From the NCBI GenBank assembly GCA_964016885.1, contig OZ024747.1:20460001-20524000 (forward strand): a DNA stretch of 64,000 nucleotides. The letters run 5' to 3'. Source of the DNA: Eledone cirrhosa (taxonomy: Eukaryota). The notes beneath the pieces were generated by a model. That model had not been told where the DNA came from. It was given only the letters and a program-made list of their open reading frames with translations, and made no database searches. The position numbers and the translations under genes are program-made. Below are positions 28,508-39,230 of this stretch, piece after piece; within the stretch, counting starts at the first letter, position 1; each line of letters opens with the position of its first letter.

Positions 28508-28608
28508 GGAATAGAATGAAATGAAATTTCAATTTCTCACTCTTAGTACGGCACTTACTTAAATGTATGTATGCATACATATATGTATGTACGTACACAT
28601 ACATACTT

Positions 28609-28690
<82 letters not shown>

Positions 28691-28916
28691 GTATGTATAT
28701 ATGTAAGTATATGTATAACATTTTGTTAAAAGCCACGTGTAGCATTCAGTTATAGAAGTGACTCAATACTGAGTGTAGAGCGAAATATTTAATATATCTT
28801 TAGAATGGCGAATGTAACAGCGAATGTAACAATGTTTCGCCGCAGGTGTACGTAAAGTGTACGTATGTTGAATAGGATCTCGTACATATATAGACGGAGA
28901 TAGTTTAGTTGCAGGT

Positions 28917-28954
<38 letters not shown>

Positions 28955-29202
28955 ATTCTTGTTGTTGTTATTGTTGTAGCAGGAGCTACAGCAGCAGTAG
29001 TATTGTATTTATCATTCTCTGTTAATAATTTTGAATAGTTAACCTTGACTTTAACTGTTAACTTAAAACAACATACTCCATTATAAACGACTATTTTCAG
29101 CGTCAACAGTCTATCATACTGATACCATATTTGGTAATGTTTGCCTCATAAACGCACCCCTTCTTTCTTTTCAAAATGTATTTGTCTTTTCGTTATTATG
29201 AA

Positions 29203-29378
29203 TTGGCAGTATCGATAGAGGGTCAGACATGCTTTCCAGCACAGTTACGTCCCTTTACGATCTCAGTTCAAATCCCGCCGACGTTAACTTTAACTTTCAT
29301 CCTTACGAGGTTTATAAAATAAAGTACCAGTAATGTACTGGGTAATTGCTGGCCTTGTGCCAAAAGTAGAAACAAGTA
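29203..29378 (+). mobile_element. SINE
   Basis: Family sequence. Confidence 0.88.
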
Positions 29379-29747
29379 TTTTTATATATACATTTTCTCA
29401 TATTTTCATTTAATATTACATTTTCTCTGCGACAATACATTTTTAAATTTAAATACTTTTAAACTTCTTGCAATTCCAACAACACCAAATTTCTTTTATC
29501 AGTTGATTCCTTAAACTAAATCTGATCTTTTGTTGCAAGTATTACTAAAACTACAGCTATTACAAACCAGTACCGACAAAGTTTAAAATATTAAAGAGAA
29601 GTCCTCCTAAGAGTAAAAGTAGTATACACGTTATTAATTTATTTAATTTATCTGAATGTTCAGAGCTTAAATTACTCACTTCGACAATGTTAGGTATATC
29701 TTTTATACACGAACATATTGCATATAAATTTCTTATACAGCTCTATT

Positions 29748-29784
<37 letters not shown>

Positions 29785-29788
<4 letters not shown>

Positions 29789-30050
29789 AAAAAAACTGAA
29801 GAGGTTTAGTATGAACCGCCTTAGAGTATCTTCTGGCCAGGATTGAACCCCAGACCAGAACCTCCACCATCTCTAGTTTCTCCCACCAGACCACCATGAA
29901 CGCTATATAAGAAAAAAACTGAAGAAATTTAGTATGAACCCCCTTAGAGTATCTTCTGACCACGATTGAACCCCAGACCAGAACCTCCACCATCTCTGGT
30001 ATCTCCCACCAGAGCACCATGAAAGCTATTCTTTAAGAAAAAAACTGAAT
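29785..30050 (-). repeat. Tandem ~123-bp units with Pol III-like A/B boxes and a T7 run
   Basis: Unit starts at 29785, 29908 and 30034. Minus strand reads TGGTGCTCTGGTGG...GGGGTTCAATCC...CAGTTTTTTT. Confidence 0.6.
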
Positions 30051-30353
30051 ACCCTAAGTATTGAATACTGTGGTGCGTTATTTCTGTATTATCTATTGTA
30101 TTGTATTGTATATTATAATTCTCACATTGTATTACCATGTTTTATTTCTAATATTAGACTTATATTGTACTTCTAACGTGGGTTTGTTTAATGTCTTACC
30201 TGCTCTCTTGCCCTTATTTTTGTCTTTATTTACAAATGCACCCAATTAGATTTAGCATGTCTTTCCATGATAATTTTCCCAAATTTTCATAAATATCCAT
30301 TGTTCTTCTGAATTTTGGTTTGTTCTGGCCGTTAATACTTCTTGTCTTTTTCC

Positions 30354-30398
30354 TTGCTCTGATGAGTCCTTATTAATGGGACGAAATATTGTCAGCAA
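30354..30398 (+). ncRNA. Type I HHR motif, canonical core
   Basis: TTGCT-CTGATGA-GTCC-ttattaatg-GGAC-GAAA-TATT-GTC-AGCAA. Confidence 0.85.
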
Positions 30399-30476
30399 AT
30401 AAAGATGTTTGATGAATTAAAGGCTTCTTTATTTTTTATATAATTTTTTATATAATTTTTTATATAATTTTTATAT

Positions 30477-30517
<41 letters not shown>

Positions 30518-30944
30518 ACCATAAACTCATAATTTTAATACACAAACACCTTTGTCTGTTTGTAAACCTTTTTATTTTATGTGATACCTTTGCCATACAG
30601 TAATTATATATGCCTAGTACCATCGCTTGTTTCCTACCTAGCTGTCCTGTATATGCCTAACGCATTTGCACTCTTTATACGCTTGCATATATACTGCTAT
30701 TGTCCTCGTTTTACATGTAACTTTCTGCTTTAATGCCTCTTTAATTATTATACTAATCTTTTGTAATCTCTGTCACATGCATTCCACTCCGTGCCTCTTT
30801 AATTATTATACAATTCTCTTGTAATCTCTGTCACATACATTCCACTCTGTAAATATGAAACTGCTGATGACAACATTAATATCCATGTATCTCTATGATT
30901 GTTCAGTTGAATAGGAAGTTAATGATATGTCCCAACATTGCTAG

Positions 30945-30991
30945 TGCTCCGATGATTCCAAACGAAAGTTTGGAAGAAACGATTGTCAGCA
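30945..30991 (+). ncRNA. Type I HHR motif, U4C core variant
   Basis: TGCT-CCGATGA-TTCCAAAC-gaaa-GTTTGGAA-GAAAC-GATT-GTC-AGCA. 8-bp stem II with a GNRA loop. Confidence 0.82.
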
Positions 30992-31035
30992 ATAAGATGT
31001 TTTGAACATAGTTTTCATTATTGTGTAATTTACAT

Positions 31036-31109
<74 letters not shown>

Positions 31110-31111
<2 letters not shown>

Positions 31112-31295
31112 CTGTTTCTACTTTAGGCACAAGGCCAGCAATTACCCAGTGCATTACTGGTACTTTATTTTATCGACCCCGTAAGGATGAAAGGCAAAGT
31201 CAACCTCGGCGGGATTTGAACTCAGATCGTAAAGGGACGTAACTATGCTACAAAGCATGGCGTCCGACCCTCTACCGATACTGCCAAGCCACCGC
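31110..31295 (-). mobile_element. SINE
   Basis: Full family sequence between (TA)n tracts. Confidence 0.9.
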
Positions 31296-31610
31296 CCTAT
31301 ATATATATATATAACGAAGGAAATGTGGTAAGGAACCGGGTGGACCATAACGCACCAAAGTAGTCAATACTTAGGGTAGTAGAGTGGGTAATAGGAACGA
31401 GTAGGACCCCGACAGCTGAGCTCAAGCCGTTTCGACGGCTAATTCTGGACTAAATGAAAATTTTTATCCTGGTATTTGAATAGCCAAGCTTCGCAGGGGG
31501 TAATTCCATATATGGTAAAAGTGATTGTCACAAGGATTGGTCAAAAGTTTGTTGTTGAAACATAATAATTCTATCATGGCAATTTGTGGAGGGAAGGGGT
31601 AGCTGAACCT

Positions 31611-32990
31611 TCAATCACCTTACCGCTACTTACGGCTGCCTTGGACTTCGCTGAAACACTTGTGCCCATCACTGACCAGGAAAGAAACATCATCCTCCAC
31701 GCCAAGAAGATAGTCTTACTCTTCGACAACTCCAAATGGATAAAGAGAGCTCCCGACTCACCCTGCGACGTCAGCATGGGCGCGACGGATTCGGCTGAGG
31801 TCACAGATCTTATAGGATTATTCCTAATAACCAAACTCACCGATTTGTTTCCTGCATTCGGCGGTGGATTGTACCGTGATGATGGGCTCCTTAACCTTAA
31901 AGGGTACAACCCCAGTAGTGCAGATCGGGTCCGGAAACAATTAATCAGATTCTTCCGCGACTGGGGATTTAAAATAACCCTACAAACGTACCTGACCCGA
32001 GTTAACTTCCTGGATGTTACCCTTGACCTCGATAATGATCTATACTACCCATACAGGAAACCTAACGACAACCTGCACTACATCTACAGCCGGTCAAACC
32101 ATCCTAGGAACATCACCAATAACCTGGTTAAAAACATCTCCCTCTGCATATCTCGTTTGTCAGCTAATGAGCAGATATTCGAGGAACATGCGCCTTACTA
32201 CAACCAGGCCCTCAAGCGGAGTGGTTTCCGGGAGGAAATATCCTACTGTCCAGCTTCCATTAGCAGAACAAGCAGTCGACACCGCCGCTCACGCAACGTA
32301 ACATGGTTCAATCCTCCCCACAACGCCGAGGTGACAACTCCTATCGGGAAAATCTTCTTTAGTCTCATTGAAAAACACTTCCCACTACAACACCGCTACC
32401 ACAACATAATTAACAAAAATACCAACAAACTCTCCTACAGCACCACACCAAACTTTGCACAAAACATCGTTTCCTCTAACAACAAAAAACTCAACCTCCA
32501 TGGAAGAAATAACCGAAATAGCAGTGGAGTGCCGACCAGGAGGTGCAACTGTCCTGATGGATCCATTTGCTCCCTCGATAACAAATGCAGATATCGTAAT
32601 GTGATCTACCAGTGCAACGTGAGGACGGACACCTCCAACAAAGCCTATATAGGATTAACCGCATGTGACTTCAAGACCCGGCTATACCAACATAGACATA
32701 CCTTCCGAAACCCGGCCCGGCGTCACGCCACTACACTTTCGGGCCACATATGGGACCTCAAGGATAACAATATTACCTATGATCTCACTTGGAGCTTACT
32801 GTCTAGAGCCAACTCTTACACGGGAGGACGCCGTCCGTGCAATTTATGCTCGGATGAAACTTTACAAATGCTGTCCTCGACGGACCAACTCCTAAACAAG
32901 AAAGATGAACTGGTAACTGCATGTAAACACCGATTGCGTAGGACTTACCTCGCCCTCAAACCCCATAATGACTCGGGAGGGGGGGGGTAG
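31611..32990 (+). CDS. PLE reverse transcriptase (partial) and GIY-YIG endonuclease
   Basis: MGATDSAEVTDLIG, GLYRDDGL, VNFLDVTL, YRKP, SNHP, WFNPP, CNC..C....C, VIYQC...YIGLT. The first ~9 aa of the track ORF come from the inverted pLTR. Confidence 0.9.
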   Translation, partial: SITLPLLTAALDFAETLVPITDQERNIILHAKKIVLLFDNSKWIKRAPDSPCDVSMGATDSAEVTDLIGLFLITKLTDLFPAFGGGLYRDDGLLNLKGYNPSSADRVRKQLIRFFRDWGFKITLQTYLTRVNFLDVTLDLDNDLYYPYRKPNDNLHYIYSRSNHPRNITNNLVKNISLCISRLSANEQIFEEHAPYYNQALKRSGFREEISYCPASISRTSSRHRRSRNVTWFNPPHNAEVTTPIGKIFFSLIEKHFPLQHRYHNIINKNTNKLSYSTTPNFAQNIVSSNNKKLNLHGRNNRNSSGVPTRRCNCPDGSICSLDNKCRYRNVIYQCNVRTDTSNKAYIGLTACDFKTRLYQHRHTFRNPARRHATTLSGHIWDLKDNNITYDLTWSLLSRANSYTGGRRPCNLCSDETLQMLSSTDQLLNKKDELVTACKHRLRRTYLALKPHNDSGGGG

Positions 32991-34116
32991 ACTAGGGCTA
33001 TAACACCCCACTTGCCAATTTTGTATCGGATAACCCCTGCTTGCAAAGGTAGACCTAATATCTTCTATATCTTTTTATCACTTCCTCTATATTTCCTTCT
33101 TCACCCCATCCCTCCCTAGTCCTTCCACCCCAGTCCTCTTTCTTTGTCGTCGTCCTTTTACTTTCTCGCCCACCCGAGGCAGCCCCTCGGTCCCTTGTAG
33201 CCTCAGTACCACCACCCCCTTCCCCTAATCTATGATAGATTTGGTCGACTCCGCTTTTAATTGCAGATGTGTTAGACCCCGGATACTAGCCTTCTTATCC
33301 GATGGCCGCACCTTTTCCGTGCTTTCTATATTTCTTAGTGGTATCTTTGCTTTAATTTCTCGTATATCAGTATTTATTAACTTTTTGGGGGGGGGGGGGG
33401 CGATCCTGAATTAATTTTCCGTATCAAATTTTACATATACTTCGTACGAGCATTTATGTAGTTTGCATTAGAATTTTTGTAGCGTGGCGGCACCCTTCTT
33501 TTTCGGGATTCTGAATTATTATTTCGTATTAGTTTATTTTTTTTGCACTGGGTGGTTGCTGGCCTTGTGCCTGGGGTAGAAACCTTTATTTCGTACTGGT
33601 CTCGGGACTCTGATTTATTATTTCGTGGTAGTTTCTTTAGTATTTTGGCCCCCCACTTGTTGACCCGACAACGTAAGATATATTCGGTTGTTTACTTATA
33701 CCCCTTAAAAGGGTCTCATTATAATTCCGTCCCACCTAGTAAACCTTTCTTTAGTCTAGCAGTACCAGTTGGAGACTTGATAGCTGTCCTTAGGTTATAG
33801 TAACCAGAAATTGTTTTTTTCTTTACACTTAATTGTTTTTTAACACTCCCGGTATTTTCCTATATATTTACCCCATATTGTTTTACTTATTGTTTCGACT
33901 ACCCCCCCCCCCCTAGTATCTTCTTTGACCTCCTGCCCAGCCGTAGTTGGCACTATCAACGCACGACTGGGTTTCTCCCACCCCCTCTCCCTCTTTCTTC
34001 TACTGGCAGGTTCAGCTACCCCTTCCTTCCACAAATTGCCATGATAGAATTATTATGTCTCAACAACAAACTTTTGACCAATCCTTGTGACAATCACTTT
34101 TACCATATATGGAATT

Positions 34117-34212
34117 ACCCCCTGAGAAGCTCGGCTATTCAAATACCAGGATAAAAATGTTCATTTAGTCCAGAATTAGCCGTCGAAACGGCTTGAGCTC
34201 AGCCGTCGGGGT
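34117..34212 (+). ncRNA. Atypical HHR-like motif in the Naiad-like pLTR
   Basis: ACCCC-CTGAGAA-long stem II (GGCTATTC/GAATTAGCC)-GAAA-CGGCT-tgagctc-AGCCG-TC-GGGGT. Confidence 0.6.
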
Positions 34213-34222
34213 CCTACTCGTT

Positions 34223-34282
<60 letters not shown>

Positions 34283-34283
34283 C

Positions 34284-34446
<163 letters not shown>

Positions 34447-34469
34447 TATATAAACATATATATATATAC

Positions 34470-34559
<90 letters not shown>

Positions 34560-35447
34560 ATTTGTGTGTGTCATATTAAACATATAATGCATAATACATT
34601 TAATATGCATACATTGATTATAAATATTACAGAGATTCTTTTTTTACATATAGAGGTGCATTAATGGCTGATACTTAAAATATGCTTCTGGTGTGATAAC
34701 TTAGAAATATATAATATTTTCATTTTAGTGTCATTAAAAATTTATCTTCAGATGAAACAGGCCTCATACCACCACTATTGAATGATTTTTAGATTCTTGC
34801 TGGGAGAAAAATTGAATAATTCGGTAGAATTTACAATATTTTAATAAATGTGAGTAAAATATGCTGGAAATCAAAAACAGTATTTCGGAATTACATGCAT
34901 ACTAGATATTACTAAGTGTCCCTTTTCACTCATACCTATCTTACAGGTACACACCTGTCGCTTGTCTCCATACCTGTCCGAATTCAAAGTAGAACCTTGC
35001 TTGATTTTACTCTCATCTTTCGGTGGTTAATGTGTTCAGATAAAATCAATTGCAAGGGCTGACTTGTCATTAACGATGGCATTCAATACAATTAATAAAG
35101 ACATATATTTAATTCTTATGCAGGTGACTTCAAACGAACACATGTCTTTGGCAAGCCGTACCTGATAGTGTCATAAATAACTGTTTATATATAAATATAT
35201 ATGCGAAGATATTGAGAAAGTCGGTACTATGCAAAAAGAAGATGTAATGGTAGAGCTTAAGTAGAGTCAAGTAAGAATGACAAATCAGTGCCACAGTTTT
35301 CAGTCTATATTTAATAATTTCGGCACAGTTATATTGACAGACACTCTAAGCACGCTAGACGTATGAGTAAAAACCGAATCCTCTCGAGTATTGAATATAA
35401 TTACCAGATTACTTTATTTCAATGACGTCTTGGCCAGTGGTTTTAAG

Positions 35448-35740
35448 AATGGTTTCTTATATAGGCACAAGGCCAGCAATTTTGGGGAGGGGAAAGTCGA
35501 TTAAATGGACCCAAGTGCGTGACCTGTACTTTATTTTATCGACCAGGTAAGGATGAAAGGCAAAGTTAACCTCGGTGGGATTTGAACAAAGCATAGTGTC
35601 CGACCCTCTACCGATACTACCAATCCAATGCAGGTTGTTCAATATTTAATAATTGTTTCTACTTTTGGCACAAGGCCAGCAATTATCCCTGTGAATTATC
35701 GACCCCGTAAGGATGAAAGTCAAACTTAACCTCGGCGGGA
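35448..35740 (-). mobile_element. Two partial SINE copies
   Basis: Copies at 35448-35627 and 35650-35740. Confidence 0.85.
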
Positions 35741-37335
35741 CACGTTTAGAACCTCTCTTTCAAATGAAGTTTTTTGTTATGTGACCGACCGCTGCCGATA
35801 ATTTTACATGCACAGAAATCTCTAGAGTGGAATCTTCTTCGATGTATATTTTAGTTGTATAATCCTATCTCTTCACAAACCTCATTCGCATCGTTCTATC
35901 TCATCGTTACATCGAAACATAGATATTATTTTTAACCGAAAACATTTTCGGAAATTGGTATGGATGATAATATTAATGTTCTAATCAATAATTATAATAA
36001 ATTGTCTATCGAAATATAAAGCTTTATTCAAGATGGGATTTAGTTATAGAGATGTAGAACTCGACTATACAAAGCTTTGTATTATCTGTGGTTCTTAACC
36101 ACTTGAAGATTTATTGACTATTATTCCATAACGGAAGAGAAGTGACGTTTTTATTGTTAAATGATGGAATCTAGAATATATTCACTGACACTATCTATCT
36201 AAATTTTTACCGGATTTATGAATCTATATTTGGGCTTGGCAAGAAAATTATCTTTTATGATGTTCAAAATAATATATGGTCCACGTAACACTGACATTTC
36301 TAATCTAACATCTATTTTTAAACTGGTAGCTATTTCTGTTGCTTCTGAATTAATAGCGTAGTACGTGGTAAATGCTACAATTGCTTTTCTTATAGTTCAT
36401 ACGTCTAGATGGAAATAAATTGGGCGTATGCTTATTTTGCAGAATTGTATAAATGAATATGAACAGTTTTCTGAAACTCATAATACTGCGGTTTTAATAA
36501 AGCAAACGTTTAGAATGTTATTTTTCTCGAATAATATTCCCACCTCAAATTGTCGATTTCGAAAATTATAGTAGAAAAGAAACGTAATCGATATGCAGGT
36601 GTAAAATGAATTTGTCGAGGGTAAAATGAATTCTTTTAAATTCAAATATTGAGATAATCCTGCTGATTTAACCATGCCACGTTCCATGGTCCACAGATCA
36701 TTCACGTATCAGGGATTTCCAAATGAAACTCCTACAGAATTATTCCATATCTGCAAGGAAACACCGGGTTAAGGACTAATTAATGACATTCCTCTTTTCA
36801 AAACAATTTCCTCAAAGTTGTACAACTAGTCAGTTAGTTTAAAACCGTTAAATCTACACGTATATATGCATTACGTCATGTATATTAGTATTAAATTATT
36901 TAATTAATCTGAGGGTTTGTACACAGGAAGGAAGGAGACGAATTGCCAAAGCCGTTAGAATATCTGCATTCGTCAAATCCGGGCGAGGTTTGCTTTGTAT
37001 TTTATCTATTTGTAGACGATAAATGAAATAACATTCCCGTACCGAAGTTGATTCTTCCTCTTTATATCTGTCTCACTTGTTATCCCTCTCACTCTAACTC
37101 CTACATCTTAATCGGATGTTGTCTTATGCATAATGCATACATAAAGTTAAATTATTTGAAGTCTATATATGTGTTTATAATGCAACAGAATTTTATTGCA
37201 TTTTCCATCACAGAACATTTTGAAGGATCTGCAAATGTATCAAATACTATATGTCGAAGCTGAAATAAAGGCATTGATATTTTAATTAGTATGAAAATAT
37301 TCTTACACGCATTTCTTTTCGGCATTATATTGTCC

Positions 37336-37508
37336 GCAGTATCGGTAGAGGGTCGGACGCCATGCTTTGACGCATCGAGTTACGCCCTTGCCATTCTGAG
37401 TTAAAATCCCGCTGAGGTTAACTTTGCTTTTCATCCTTACTAGGTCGATAAAATAAAGAACCAGTATTGCACTGGGTAATTGCTGGCCTTGTGCCAAAAG
37501 TAGACACA
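37336..37508 (+). mobile_element. SINE with 12-bp TSD
   Basis: ATTATATTGTCC at 37324-37335 and 37509-37520. Confidence 0.92.
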
Positions 37509-37780
37509 ATTATATTGTCCAACTTTCGGCCCTTTAACGTTGAATTATAAAAAAAAATATAATATTATTTTCGTCTCTACAACAAAGTCCAGGGTTCACA
37601 ATATGACAAAAGACTTGTTCTAATGATTTTCCTCAAACATGTTAAGTGATATCAATTAGTGTAATACTTGAAATATATATAAATATATATATAACATGAA
37701 GTTATATACTTATGTACATAACCTCATGCTTATCCAGCTATTTTAAGCAGCATTAAAGTGGTATTTTATTCACGTCCTAA

Positions 37781-37945
37781 TAATTGTTTCTGCTTTTGGA
37801 ACAAGGCATTACTGCTACTTTATATTATTGACCCCGTAATGATGAAAGGCAAAGTTAATCTCGGCGGGATTTGAACTCAGTCCATAAAGGGCCGTAACTA
37901 TTTGCTGCAAAGCATGGTGTCCGATACTCTACCGATACTGCCAAT
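37781..37945 (-). mobile_element. SINE
   Basis: Family sequence. Confidence 0.85.
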
Positions 37946-38410
37946 GCGATTAAATAACAGATAATAAGTTGGAAGACATAAAAAGGAATATGAAAAAGAA
38001 GGGAAAAAGATTAATTAACATTTATATATAAAAAAAACTAAAAATCATATACAGATGTGGCAAACTCTATATTAAACTGCACTCTGCAGAAAATGTGGCG
38101 AAAGCATTACTGTGGATAACTGCCAGCTCACCCACTCCTTAATCCATTCCATCTCAGGTAGCTTTATTCTCATACGTAATTCATGGCCGATTTTGCGAAG
38201 GAAAACGACAGTTTAGTGACCGAGCATATTAGGGGCTTCGGTCAAAACAGGTAGAAAAAGTAAGTGGTCAGTTTCATCCCAGTATTTAGTTATCTTCTTC
38301 TCTTAGACATTTTTGTAATTATATATATATGGTCACACAAACACACGTGCACACAGAAAAACACGCACCAACACACATAATAATATATTTAATCTCAATG
38401 TCTTTATGTC

Positions 38411-38476
<66 letters not shown>

Positions 38477-39059
38477 GAGAGAGGCGGGGGACACGAATCA
38501 ATATTCTATGCACAGATCCTCTGCTTTCACAATTTCGCCATTTGGTTTATACATTTTCATTCTTTCTTTAGTTTTATATAAAATCGGTGTGTGCGTTTCA
38601 GACCTACCTTACGGTTACATAGAAGAAAGATATAAAACAAAGAAACCTCGAAATATATGAAATACTGTCCGTGGAGGATGAAATGAAAGTAGTGGAACAT
38701 AAATAGTATATAGATCTTCCAGCCAAAATGTTAATAACAGAGTCTGGCCATGAATTAGTGAATCATTAAAGAAGCTATTACATTATCTTATCTCATTCTT
38801 CAATAAAAGGAAAGCGATTCCAATAGATTAAACACCAATATCTGGTTTGGAATCATTTTCTCAGTTTCGATATGAGTAGCCAATCAATTTAATCAAAGAA
38901 ATATATAGATTTGTAAGCACTGTATAAAGATCATCCGGCCAGATTATATTTTAGGAACGTAAAATATGATGTTAGTTTGAATTTTTAGATATATGAATTT
39001 CGACAGGGTGTTAAAAACCCCAACAACGATGTAAATAATTTAGAAATCTTAACAAAACA

Positions 39060-39230
39060 CGGATTTATCGATTGCTGATTATTATAAAGAGTTACGTCCC
39101 TTTGCGGTCTGAGTTCAAATCCCGCCGAGGTTAACTTTGCATTTCATCTTTATGGGGTCTATAAAATAAATAAACCGACCCCGCCACCAAAAAAAAAAAA
39201 AATTACTGGCCTATAGTAGAAGTCATTATT
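39060..39230 (+). mobile_element. Diverged SINE
   Basis: B box and central domain intact; ends decayed. Confidence 0.75.

Larger units (their letters stand above)
31313..34224 (+). mobile_element. Naiad-like Penelope element, 5'-truncated, with inverted 5' pLTR and direct 3' pLTR
   Basis: 31391-31610 is the reverse complement of 34009-34227. ORF to 32990, ~1.2 kb 3' region, (TA)n flanks. Confidence 0.88.

Noticed and set aside
36480-36775. Possible host exon (minus-strand TTGCAG acceptor)
   Set aside because: All three frames hit a stop within 14 codons of the acceptor, and no homology was recognised.
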